A DNA stretch of 64,000 nt. It comes from a virus (Duplodnaviria; Heunggongvirae; Uroviricota; Caudoviricetes). The stretch's first letter is position 1; the number at the start of each line of letters is the position of its first letter. The notes beneath the pieces are model-generated. The model saw only the letters and a list, made by a program, of their open reading frames with translations, was not told the origin of the DNA and searched no databases. The DNA is taken from IMG/VR virus record IMGVR_UViG_3300028888_000051, positions 1 through 64,000 of that record, one strand, 5' to 3'. Shown one piece after another: positions 1 through 9,746 of the stretch. Both the position numbers and the translations under genes were made by a program.

Positions 1-13
1 TGGAAATAATGTA

Positions 14-913
14 ATGGAATCAATAAATAGTATTTCTAAAATTAATGGTTTTACTGAACATATGCTTTTGGTAGATGATACAAATACATTAACTTTTGAT
101 GAAATTAACACAAAAGAATATATAAATTTTGCTAAAAACTTACTTGATAAAAAAGAAATTTTTGGTCCATATTATAATGAAAATTTTGTAAAAATCGATG
201 AACCTTCTTTTTTACAAGCTTTAAATCCATTAAAAGATAATACAGATGAACATCCAACTAAATCTGGAGTAGTTTGTCAAAATTTCTTATTTGAATGTGA
301 TTATTTGTCAAGAGAAGAACAAGAAGAACTTATTAAGCCAATTGAAAAATATACATATCGTATAGTTTGGTCAGGTAGTAGATCTTACCATATAGTAATT
401 AGAATTAATAAACCTGTATCAAGTATTTCATTTAAAAAAATTTGGTATTATCTTCAATATAAATTAGGTTTAGATGGGGCTGATGAACAATCAAGTCTTC
501 CATCAAAATATACAAGGGTACCAGATCAAATTAATCCAAAGACAGGTAATATGCAAGAATTATATAGTGAAAACAAATATATATTTGATTTAGATGAAAT
601 TCTTGAAAATATGCCAAAACTTAAAGATGAACTAAAACGACCTACACAATATAAAGGTAAAGTTGATATGAAAGCACTTGAACGTCATATAAAAAGACTT
701 AATTTTCAAGAAGGTAATCGTTTTGAAGCATGTCAAAAATTATCTCCAGTATTAATTTCTCAAGTAACTATGGAAGAATTAATTAAAATGATTCCAATAA
801 AATTGGAAAAAGATCATATTAATGTATTAAGAGCAAAATATTATTATTTTGAAAAATATAAAGATTTATTAACAGTACAAGAAGAAACACCATTAGATGA
901 AAGTGAAGAATAA
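14..913 (+). CDS. AEP-superfamily (RepB-like) primase
   Basis: FECD (DxD/ExD-like motif), SGSRSYH (sxH motif) and downstream D..YTRVP, typical of phage AEP primase-polymerases. Confidence 0.65.
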   Translation: MESINSISKINGFTEHMLLVDDTNTLTFDEINTKEYINFAKNLLDKKEIFGPYYNENFVKIDEPSFLQALNPLKDNTDEHPTKSGVVCQNFLFECDYLSREEQEELIKPIEKYTYRIVWSGSRSYHIVIRINKPVSSISFKKIWYYLQYKLGLDGADEQSSLPSKYTRVPDQINPKTGNMQELYSENKYIFDLDEILENMPKLKDELKRPTQYKGKVDMKALERHIKRLNFQEGNRFEACQKLSPVLISQVTMEELIKMIPIKLEKDHINVLRAKYYYFEKYKDLLTVQEETPLDESEE

Positions 914-915
914 AA

Positions 916-1545
916 ATGACAGAGCAAAATAAAGATTGGACAGGAAATACTAGTATATATGCATGTAATCATAGAGGAAAAGAAGAAAATGTTGCACAAG
1001 GAGATTTTTATGCAACACATCCTGAATCTATACAATTATTTCTTAAAAAATGTCAAGAACGTAATTTAATATTACCTGAATATATATGGGAACCGGCTGC
1101 TGGGCAAGGTCATATATCTAAAGAACTACAAAAAGTTGGTCATAATGTACTTTCAACTGATTTATATGATAGAGGATTCGGTTTAAGTAATATAGACTTT
1201 CTTAAAATCACACGTGATAATATAGATGAGTCTTTTAAACCATATTTAAAGTGCATATTTACTAATCCTCCGTATGCATTATCTAGTACTTTTGTAGAAA
1301 AAGCATTAGAATTATTAGATGATGATGGTATTTGTATTATGTTTCTTAAAACTACATTTCTTGAAACAAAAGGACGTGTTAATTTATTTAAAAAACATAA
1401 GCTTAAGTATGTTTGGCAATATGTAAATAGACAAGGTTGTGGTAAAAATGGAGGTACATTTAAAAATGGTGGAGCAGCTGCTTATGCTATGTTTATTTGG
1501 GATAAATCTTATAATGGTTTACCAGAATTAGATTGGATAGAATAA
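916..1545 (+). CDS. DNA amino-methyltransferase (probably N6-adenine)
   Basis: DFYAT, WEPAAGQG (SAM-binding motif I) and TNPPY (motif IV). Confidence 0.85.
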   Translation: MTEQNKDWTGNTSIYACNHRGKEENVAQGDFYATHPESIQLFLKKCQERNLILPEYIWEPAAGQGHISKELQKVGHNVLSTDLYDRGFGLSNIDFLKITRDNIDESFKPYLKCIFTNPPYALSSTFVEKALELLDDDGICIMFLKTTFLETKGRVNLFKKHKLKYVWQYVNRQGCGKNGGTFKNGGAAAYAMFIWDKSYNGLPELDWIE

Positions 1546-1558
1546 AGGAATTTAGAAG

Positions 1559-2047
1559 ATGCAAAAAGGATGTTTTAGATATTATTTTCGTATAGGTGAA
1601 TTTGGATTTAAAATACCTAGATATAATAGTTATAATGCAAATCCTTTTCTTGGATTTTTATGTGGTATAATTATGAATATTCTTGAAAGAAAACGTTATA
1701 AATATTATGTAGAATATAAACCTATAAAACAATGGGGAAGAAAATGGAAATATAATTGGATGAGACCAATATTATGTCCTTGTTATTTTAGCTTTTTTGG
1801 ATTAATTAATATATATAAACATTTACCTACAAAATTGGATTGGGATGATCTTTGTACATTTGGTGAAAGAGTTAAAGATATAGATGAACAATATTTGCAA
1901 GAACATACTGCTTATTTAATTATTAATGATATTAAACCAGAAAATTTTAGATGTGATAAAAATGGAAATTTATACTGTATTGATTATGGAGATTTTGAAA
2001 TAGGAAATATGAGAAGAACTGGAGTTTTAAATATTGATTATAAATAA
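1559..2047 (+). CDS. Minimal protein-kinase-like fold protein
   Basis: FKIP (VAIK-like), NDIKPEN catalytic loop, CIDYG (DFG-like). Confidence 0.6.
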   Translation: MQKGCFRYYFRIGEFGFKIPRYNSYNANPFLGFLCGIIMNILERKRYKYYVEYKPIKQWGRKWKYNWMRPILCPCYFSFFGLINIYKHLPTKLDWDDLCTFGERVKDIDEQYLQEHTAYLIINDIKPENFRCDKNGNLYCIDYGDFEIGNMRRTGVLNIDYK

Positions 2048-2124
2048 TGGAAAAATAATTTATTAAAAAATTTATTTATTCATATTCTATATAATAGTTT
2101 TAATTTTTTAAAGGATTAATATAA

Positions 2125-2649
2125 ATGCGATATACAAAATTTGGAAATGTAAATTCACCAAAAGGAAATAGAAAAGAAGATACAGGTTTTGATTGTTTTG
2201 TACCAAATGATTGGAATGAAGGTAAACCATATATTTTAAGACTTAATGAACAAGTTAATATCCCTTTGAATTTGAGCACAAAATTTAATTCTAATAAGAC
2301 TTTGATTATGTTTAATAAATCAGGAGTTTCTACCAAAAAAGGTACTGTACAAGGAGCTTGTGTAATTGATCCTGCTTATCGTGGAATTATTCATTGTAAT
2401 TTGCTTAAAGCAGCTAAAGGTAAAGAAGACATAAAAGTAAATTATAGAGGATTTTTTGGTTTTCTTGGTGGATTGTTAGGAATTAAACAAAATGCTACGG
2501 TGATTAAACCAGGTGAAAAAATTACACAAGGTATTATTTTTAAAGTATCTGATGAAGAATTAGAAGAGATTTCTAATAAAGAATATGAAAAAGGACCAAA
2601 AACTAAACGCGGTGCTAAAGGTTTTGGAGAAGGTACAGGTCAGAAGTAA
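2125..2649 (+). CDS. dut: Trimeric dUTPase with an insertion between motifs III and IV
   Basis: TGFDC, NKSG, VIDPAYRG, GEKITQ and RGAKGFGEGTG correspond to motifs I-V. Confidence 0.9.
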   Translation: MRYTKFGNVNSPKGNRKEDTGFDCFVPNDWNEGKPYILRLNEQVNIPLNLSTKFNSNKTLIMFNKSGVSTKKGTVQGACVIDPAYRGIIHCNLLKAAKGKEDIKVNYRGFFGFLGGLLGIKQNATVIKPGEKITQGIIFKVSDEELEEISNKEYEKGPKTKRGAKGFGEGTGQK

Positions 2650-2655
2650 TTAAAT

Positions 2656-2719
2656 AAGCCGTTTATTATTACAAAATGGTTTTAAACGGCTTTACTTTTA
2701 TTAAATTTTATACTATAAT
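2656..2719 (+). promoter_or_regulatory. Hairpin overlapping a sigma70-type promoter
   Basis: Inverted repeat aagccgttta (2656-2665)/taaacggctt (2683-2692); TTTACT (2691)-17 bp-TATAAT (2714). Confidence 0.75.
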
Positions 2720-2753
2720 ATAAATATAAAGTTGAGAATAAAGGTATAGGAAA

Positions 2754-3392
2754 ATGCAAAAAGTAATTGGAATAACAGGTTTAAAAGGTTCTGGAAAAGA
2801 TACTATAGCTAGTTTTATTTGTAAACATGATTCTAGTTTTAAAACAATAGCATTTGCTGATAAAGTAAAAGATATTTGTGCTGTTATGTTTGATTGGAAT
2901 CGTGATATGTTAAGTGGAAGATTTCCAGAATCAAGAATTTGGCGTGAGCAACCTGATATATTTTGGAGTAAAGAATTTGATACAGAATTTACTCCAAGAA
3001 AAGCGTTAACTATGGTTGGAACAGACCTTATAAAAAATACCTTTTTAAGAAATATCTGGGATATAACTGTTAAAAAAACTATTTTAGATAATCCTAATAC
3101 CAATTATATAATTACTGATTGTAGATTCCTTAATGAAATTAATATGATACATAGTATTAATGGTATTATTGTACAAGTTGAACGTGGTAATAGACCAGAT
3201 TGGTGGACAATAGCTGAAGATTATAATTTTGGTAAACTAGGAATAGACTTACCAAAAGAACTTGAAAATATTCATCCATCAGAAAGAGATTGGATTGGAA
3301 TTAATAATCCAGTACATACATTTTATAATAATAGTTCATTAGAAACACTAGAACATGAAGTCATTAAATATTTTGGATTGAATAATGAGTAA
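2754..3392 (+). CDS. Deoxynucleoside monophosphate kinase (T4 gp1-like)
   Basis: GLKGSGKDT P-loop, AFAD..K, TPRKAL...GTD, ITDCRF.NE, HPSE. Confidence 0.9.
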   Translation: MQKVIGITGLKGSGKDTIASFICKHDSSFKTIAFADKVKDICAVMFDWNRDMLSGRFPESRIWREQPDIFWSKEFDTEFTPRKALTMVGTDLIKNTFLRNIWDITVKKTILDNPNTNYIITDCRFLNEINMIHSINGIIVQVERGNRPDWWTIAEDYNFGKLGIDLPKELENIHPSERDWIGINNPVHTFYNNSSLETLEHEVIKYFGLNNE

Positions 3393-3963
3393 AATTGATT
3401 TTTTGACATATTTAAATAACATTAATTTTGGGCATTTGCACTATTATATACGTTCTACAGAAATTTGTTATTTTCCATTTTTAAATGAAGAAATAGACAT
3501 GGTTACTTTAAGTACTGAATTAAATAAATTTGGAGAATACTTAAATCATGCTGAATCTTTTGCTGAACGTAAATATATGGCCGAAAATAATATAAAATGG
3601 ATTAATTTTACTCAACAACTCAAAAAAGAAAGAAAATATACATGTGAAATAAGTAGATTTACTTATAATGATATTAAACAACTTAATCATGATATATTTG
3701 GTTTAAAATATGATGAAACTTGGATAAATAATTGGTTAGTTATACATCATAAAGATGATTTACAAGAATATGAATGTTATGATAAAGATAAGCTTTTAGT
3801 TTTAAATAGAGCAGTTCATTTAATAAAGCATAGATATAACAATTTAATTAAACATTTACCATCTCTAGAAACAAACTATAAACTTTGGTTTGAATTAGGA
3901 TGTTTAATTCCTGACAGAAATGGTGAATATCCATGGCGTAATGTAATAAAGAAAAATGTTTAA
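3385..3963 (+). CDS. Hypothetical protein
   Basis: 192-aa ORF overlapping both neighbours. Confidence 0.6.
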   Translation: MSKIDFLTYLNNINFGHLHYYIRSTEICYFPFLNEEIDMVTLSTELNKFGEYLNHAESFAERKYMAENNIKWINFTQQLKKERKYTCEISRFTYNDIKQLNHDIFGLKYDETWINNWLVIHHKDDLQEYECYDKDKLLVLNRAVHLIKHRYNNLIKHLPSLETNYKLWFELGCLIPDRNGEYPWRNVIKKNV

Positions 3964-4924
3964 TACATATGTAAGTAAAGTTGGAAAATTAGAAGCTCCA
4001 TTTGAATTAAAACTTGGAACAGAAGCTTTATTAACTTATGAATATTTTAATGATAAAATATTAGCTAAAAATACAACTCTTCCGGCTATATTTAAGAATA
4101 CTATTCTTCTTTTAGATAAATTAAATCACCATAAAACAGAACATACTTTTTATGATTTTCCTTATGATGTAAATAAAAACGATTTTTGTATGAATGTTTT
4201 AATGGCTTTTTCTGGAAGTTTAGATTCTATTTATCAGACAATACATTTAAAAAATTTTGGTTATGATGTTACACTTTTTTATTTAAATTATAATACAGCA
4301 CTAGATTATAAAAGGCTAGATATAATTAAAAATTTAGCAAATACATTAAATTTACCTCTAGTTATATGTAATGTAACATTAAATAATAAACTGTTTGTTG
4401 AAAATAGTTTTAATAATTTATTTATGTATGCATTAATGTTAGATTGCTGTCAGGCTAATAATATTTATTATATTTCAAGTGGAGATAGTTTAGTAAACAT
4501 TAGTCCTAAAAAAACCATCTCTAGTTTAAAACAAGTAACAGAAACATTTTTTAATGAATTATATTTAAAATTTAATTTTGATTTTATTCCTGCAGTAAAA
4601 GTAAATAAAATTGATAAATTGTTGAAATTAAATAGTTTAAACTTAGATGAATATTTTACAGATTGTATAAACACAGATAAATTTTTAAAGATAAAACGTA
4701 ATAAGTTACTTACAAAATTAAATATTGATTTACCTGAAAATAATTGTGGTGTATGTCCTAAATGTGTATTTTATAATTTATTAAAATATTATTACTTAAA
4801 TGAAAACTTACCACAAAATTATATAGATTTTTGTTGGAATAAAGTTGTTACTGAAAATACATATGATTTATTTAATAAAAATCTTCCACTTGCCTTACGT
4901 ATTGATAATCTTTCCAAATGTTAG
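3956..4924 (+). CDS. QueC-like PP-loop ATPase
   Basis: AFSGSLDS (variant of SGGxDS) and C-terminal C...CGVCPKC Zn motif. Confidence 0.6.
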   Translation: MFNTYVSKVGKLEAPFELKLGTEALLTYEYFNDKILAKNTTLPAIFKNTILLLDKLNHHKTEHTFYDFPYDVNKNDFCMNVLMAFSGSLDSIYQTIHLKNFGYDVTLFYLNYNTALDYKRLDIIKNLANTLNLPLVICNVTLNNKLFVENSFNNLFMYALMLDCCQANNIYYISSGDSLVNISPKKTISSLKQVTETFFNELYLKFNFDFIPAVKVNKIDKLLKLNSLNLDEYFTDCINTDKFLKIKRNKLLTKLNIDLPENNCGVCPKCVFYNLLKYYYLNENLPQNYIDFCWNKVVTENTYDLFNKNLPLALRIDNLSKC

Positions 4925-5004
4925 TAACAGAAAAATAATTTAGTAGACTTCATATATAGTAAAATTCTATAATATTATTTAATGATATATGGAGTAAATT
5001 ATCA

Positions 5005-7344
5005 ATGCCATTACAACCAAAAAAATTTAATTTTCATAAAAATAGTATAAAAAATAAATCAGTTATGAATAAAGATTTTGATTTAGATATACAAAAAGAT
5101 AAAGATGGTAATATAATATTTGATTTTGATTATTTAATATCTGATACAGTTAAAGGAACAGAATGTAGAGATGAGCCACATGATAATGATATGTGGGAAA
5201 TTATAAAAAATAATACTAAAGAAATAAATAAATATGAAGAATATCTATTTATAAAATATTGGTATAATGCTCTAAATTATGCATTAGAAAAATTAAATGA
5301 TAAAGATGATATATATAATACTATAAACTATTATATACCATTGTTTTTTAAAATTTTAGATAGAAAAAAATCTCCATTTAAAACATTTAAAATTTTTAAT
5401 TTATTTTCTAAAAAAGAAGTAATTGATCAAATTACAAAATTAAATTTTATTCAAAAAGCGTTAAAAAATAGTATTAAAGAAAGTGGACTTCCAACTATTG
5501 ATGAAATGCTTTTAGTAAAATCAAAAGAAATAAGAACAATATATTTAGAGTGTATTCAAAAAATAATCATAGATTGTGAAAATTTTTTAAATAAAATTGA
5601 TGAAAATAAATTGAAAAAAAGTTTTTATAGTGAAAATTTTAAAACATATATAGATTTAATAAATTTACCTAAAGATTCAACTTTTTATGATTGGGTATTA
5701 CTTAATTTTTATTCATCTTTAGGCATGTTTCAAAATGATTTACCAGAACTAAAAGCTTGTCTTAAAGATAATTATCCATTAATATCTGAAGTAAGAGAAT
5801 ATAAAGATTTTCTTGTAAATATTTCAGATTCATGTTTTTCATTAAAAAGTGCATATTTAGATCATATTTTTATAAAAAGATGTTTTACTAAATATAATTC
5901 TAAAGAAGAATTAGTTAGTGAAATATTACATAAAGTAAAAAAATCAAATTTGTCTGCAAAAGATTTTACATATGTCCCTGAATATTCATATATAAAAAAT
6001 ATACTTAGATATGCTCTTAAAGAAAAAAAGAAAGGTGTAAATATATTATTATATGGTAAACCAGGTACAGGTAAAACTGAATTAGCAAAAACATTAATAA
6101 AAGAACTAAATGCTGATGGTTATGAAATAATTGATACTAAACGAACAAAAATTGTTGGAAATAACTTAGATACAGATTTAAAAAATATAGATTTTGCTAC
6201 AGCAAAACAAGTATTACAAAATACAGAAAATTCAATAATTTTATATGATGAAGCTGAAGATTTTTTTAGAACACCTAATTTAAAAAATATGCCAACTAAA
6301 ACTGGTATAAATTATTTATTAGAAGATAATATCAATCCAGTTATTTGGACAGCAAATAGCCTTTCAGATTTAGAAAATTCATTTATCAGAAGATTTAGTT
6401 ATGTATGTAATGTTGAATATATGCCTAAATCAATTTATAAAAAAACATTTAATAAATTAGTAAAGGAATATCATATAAAAGCTAATGATGCATTATTTGA
6501 ATTTTGTTTTTTAAATAAAGTATCTATTGGTATTATTAAAAAAGCTTTTGAAAATAGTAATTTATCAAAAAACAGTAAAATAGAAAATGTTTTTGAAGAT
6601 ATAAAAAATACCATTAAGACATATACTACTATTAAAGAAAATGTTAGATCTAATCGTTTAGTAAAATTTAATTCTAAACTATTAAATACTTCTGATGATT
6701 TAGACTATTTTTGTAAAAAAATTGTCAATCTAAAAAAGTTAAATTTTAGTTTACTGCTTTATGGTGTATCAGGATCAGGTAAATCATATTATGCAGAATA
6801 CTTGGCAGAACAATTAGGAATGCCTATATTAAAGAAAAAAGCTTCTGATTTAGAGAGTATGTGGGTTGGTGAAACAGAAAAAAACATAGCTATGGCTTTT
6901 AGTGAGGCTAAAAAAGAAAAAGCTATTTTAGTTATCGATGAAGGAGATCATTTTATTTCAGATAGAATGAAGCATCGAATGAGTTGGGAAACAAGTCGAA
7001 CAGAAGAAATGTTGCAACAAATAGAAGCACATGATTTACCTGTAATATTTACAACAAATTTAATAGAAAATATTGATAAAGCTGCTATGAGACGTTTCAC
7101 ATATAAAACTAAATTTGATTATTTAACAAACGAACAAGTTAAAGTTGCATGGAAAGATTATTTTCCAAAAGCAAAATTACCAGATAAATTATATTTGTCT
7201 AAATTATGTCCTGGTGATTTCGCAACAGTCAGAAAAAAAGCAGAATTTGAAGGATATATTGATAATACTGATTTATTATATAAAAAATTAGAAGAAGAAA
7301 TGCAAAATAAAAAAGAAATGGAATATTCTTCAATTAAACTTTGA
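5005..7344 (+). CDS. Tandem AAA+ ATPase
   Basis: Two Walker A (GKPGTGKT, GVSGSGKS), two Walker B (LYDEAE, VIDEGD), Arg fingers (RRF). Confidence 0.9.
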   Translation: MPLQPKKFNFHKNSIKNKSVMNKDFDLDIQKDKDGNIIFDFDYLISDTVKGTECRDEPHDNDMWEIIKNNTKEINKYEEYLFIKYWYNALNYALEKLNDKDDIYNTINYYIPLFFKILDRKKSPFKTFKIFNLFSKKEVIDQITKLNFIQKALKNSIKESGLPTIDEMLLVKSKEIRTIYLECIQKIIIDCENFLNKIDENKLKKSFYSENFKTYIDLINLPKDSTFYDWVLLNFYSSLGMFQNDLPELKACLKDNYPLISEVREYKDFLVNISDSCFSLKSAYLDHIFIKRCFTKYNSKEELVSEILHKVKKSNLSAKDFTYVPEYSYIKNILRYALKEKKKGVNILLYGKPGTGKTELAKTLIKELNADGYEIIDTKRTKIVGNNLDTDLKNIDFATAKQVLQNTENSIILYDEAEDFFRTPNLKNMPTKTGINYLLEDNINPVIWTANSLSDLENSFIRRFSYVCNVEYMPKSIYKKTFNKLVKEYHIKANDALFEFCFLNKVSIGIIKKAFENSNLSKNSKIENVFEDIKNTIKTYTTIKENVRSNRLVKFNSKLLNTSDDLDYFCKKIVNLKKLNFSLLLYGVSGSGKSYYAEYLAEQLGMPILKKKASDLESMWVGETEKNIAMAFSEAKKEKAILVIDEGDHFISDRMKHRMSWETSRTEEMLQQIEAHDLPVIFTTNLIENIDKAAMRRFTYKTKFDYLTNEQVKVAWKDYFPKAKLPDKLYLSKLCPGDFATVRKKAEFEGYIDNTDLLYKKLEEEMQNKKEMEYSSIKL

Positions 7345-7398
7345 ATTATTTTGAATTCTATAAATAGATGTAATATAAATATTAAGGTGTATAATAAA

Positions 7399-8274
7399 AT
7401 GAATAGTTATGATAAACAATATTTAAATTTAGTTGATGAAATAATTAATGAAGGTGTAGTTAATCCATGCCGCACAGGTAACAATACATATGTTAAACTA
7501 AATAAAGTGTTAACACATGATTTAAATGAAGGATTTCCAATTTGTACTTTTAGACAAATGCCTTTTAAAGGAGCCTGTGGAGAATTAGAATGTTTTTTAC
7601 ATGGATATACCAATAAAGAACAATATGAAAATGCAAAATGTATGTACTGGAAAGAATGGTGTAGACCAGATCAAGTTCCATATGGTGATAAAGAAAATAT
7701 GTTAAAAAATAAGGACTTAGGTCCAATATATGGTTGGCAATGGAAGTTTGGAGGAGCAGAATATATAGATTGTAATACGGATTATACAGGTCAAGGTTCA
7801 GATCAAATTAAATATCTTATTGATACATTAAAAAAGAATAAATACGATAGACGTTTGGTTGTAAGTGCTTGGAATTTACATGATCAAAATAAAATGGCAT
7901 TGCCTCCATGTGTATATGCATTTCAATTAAATTATCTTAATGATAGATTACATATGACTGTTACACAAAGAAGTTGTGACTTAATTTTGGGTGTACCAAC
8001 AGATATTGTATTTTATAGTATATTATTACAATTAATTTGTAATACAGTTAAAATGACTTCTGGAACTATTACTTTTAATCTTTGTAATTGTCATGTATAT
8101 GATAATCATATAGAAATATATAAACAGCATAGGGATGAATTTTATAATACTAATTTTGTTTTACCTACACTGAATTTAGATACAGAAGCAGATGTATTTA
8201 ATTTTACACATGATATGGCAAAATTAGATAATTATGAACATGGTCCAAAAGTTAATTTTCCAATAGCTGTTTAA
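7399..8274 (+). CDS. thyA: Thymidylate synthase-fold enzyme, possibly dCMP-specific
   Basis: RTG, LGPIYGWQW, RRLVVSAWN, LPPC, QRSCD, HVYDNH; start moved to ATG 7399; H147V and N177D substitutions (E. coli numbering). Confidence 0.9.
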   Translation: MNSYDKQYLNLVDEIINEGVVNPCRTGNNTYVKLNKVLTHDLNEGFPICTFRQMPFKGACGELECFLHGYTNKEQYENAKCMYWKEWCRPDQVPYGDKENMLKNKDLGPIYGWQWKFGGAEYIDCNTDYTGQGSDQIKYLIDTLKKNKYDRRLVVSAWNLHDQNKMALPPCVYAFQLNYLNDRLHMTVTQRSCDLILGVPTDIVFYSILLQLICNTVKMTSGTITFNLCNCHVYDNHIEIYKQHRDEFYNTNFVLPTLNLDTEADVFNFTHDMAKLDNYEHGPKVNFPIAV

Positions 8275-8295
8275 TAATAAATTAAAGGAACCATC

Positions 8296-9048
8296 ATGAA
8301 TGAAATAGAAATAAAATGCAAACCTTTTTATATAAAAATATATAAACGTTGTAATTCGAATACAATTTCTTTTAGTAATAGTTGTAAATTTACAAAATCT
8401 AGACCTAAACAAGAATCTGATTATTTTTTATATAAATTTACTAAATATTATGAAATTATTCCTACTGATTTAGAAAAATCAACTTTTATAAAAAAACATG
8501 AATGGGACGAATCAAATGATTCACATGGTTTTGCTCAATTTTACAAAGAATTAACAAATACTGATGATTATCCTTCAAATGTATATAGATATGAATTAGT
8601 AGATAATTATTATAATTTTGTAAATGTATATAAAACTTGTAATTGGAATGATAATAATAAATATCCATATACTATAAGTTTTGCAGATCATATTTATATT
8701 GTAAAATTACAAGATGGAATACTTTTAACAGATTATACTAAAGCAGAACTAAAAGAACAAGAAAATAAAAGAAAGCAAGAAGCTGATTATAAAGTTATTT
8801 CTAGTTTATTAAAAACTTCTATAGATAATATACTAATTAAATATGGTATGGAATTAAGAGATTCTGGTATTCGCTTTAAAAATAGTACTGAATATTATAA
8901 ATTTGTTAAATTAAGTCTAAATAGAGTAATAGAAGAATTACAACAAAATGGATATAATGTAAAATTAAATCCGCGTGTAAGATCTATAAAATATTCATCT
9001 TTAATTGTCGATAAAAAAGATCTAAAATTAAAAAATGAAGATAATTAA
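8296..9048 (+). CDS. Hypothetical protein
   Basis: 250-aa ORF with AAGGA RBS. Confidence 0.6.
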   Translation: MNEIEIKCKPFYIKIYKRCNSNTISFSNSCKFTKSRPKQESDYFLYKFTKYYEIIPTDLEKSTFIKKHEWDESNDSHGFAQFYKELTNTDDYPSNVYRYELVDNYYNFVNVYKTCNWNDNNKYPYTISFADHIYIVKLQDGILLTDYTKAELKEQENKRKQEADYKVISSLLKTSIDNILIKYGMELRDSGIRFKNSTEYYKFVKLSLNRVIEELQQNGYNVKLNPRVRSIKYSSLIVDKKDLKLKNEDN

Positions 9049-9219
9049 TGACTTAGAGAAATATCGATAAAAATGTAGTAAAAAATCTTTTTAAAAAGCT
9101 ATTGTGAGAATTAACAAAATGCAAATATTTCTAAGAATAACACAAAATTATGTCAAGTTCTATACATTACTTTCAGTAATTTTCATGGTAAATTTCTAAA
9201 CAAAAAATGGACAAAAAGG

Positions 9220-9744
9220 ATGGAAAAATATAATATTATATTAGAAGAAACTTATCTCGATTATCCCTCTCCAGATGGAAATGCTGTTATAATTTATATG
9301 ATTGGTTGTGAACATCATTGTCCAGGTTGTCATAGTCCGTTATTACAACAAAGTTTAGAATATACAGAATCTAATCAGGAAATTTTAGAAAAAATACAAA
9401 ACTATGCACATCGAGCAGATACAAATAAATTAGTATTTCTTGGTGGTGATCCGATATATTCAAAAAATTTAGCGTTAACAATATTTCTTGTTAATAATTT
9501 AAAAAATGATTTTGATATTTGTATTTTTACAGGCTATACAATAGATTATATTAAAAATATTGGACTAAAAGGAGTAAAATATTGGAAATGTGGAAAATTT
9601 GATCAAACTAAATTAAGACAATCTAAAAAAACCGATAATGAATATATTTTGGCTTCGCCTAATCAAGATTTTTATGATGGTGAATATAATAAATTATCAA
9701 ATAATGGTATACTTAATTTTAACAACTTAGAAAAAGGAAATTGA
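9220..9744 (+). CDS. nrdG: Anaerobic ribonucleotide reductase activase
   Basis: GCEHHCPGCHS radical-SAM motif, FLGGDP, adjacent to nrdD. Confidence 0.9.
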   Translation: MEKYNIILEETYLDYPSPDGNAVIIYMIGCEHHCPGCHSPLLQQSLEYTESNQEILEKIQNYAHRADTNKLVFLGGDPIYSKNLALTIFLVNNLKNDFDICIFTGYTIDYIKNIGLKGVKYWKCGKFDQTKLRQSKKTDNEYILASPNQDFYDGEYNKLSNNGILNFNNLEKGN

Positions 9745-9746
9745 AT

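Noticed and set aside
7342-7401. AAA+ gene ends in TGA in frame with thyA; with the TGA at 28860 this might suggest stop-codon reassignment
   Set aside because: The AAA+ ends at the same point as its paralog, thyA has its own RBS, TGG is used throughout and conserved genes are intact in the standard code
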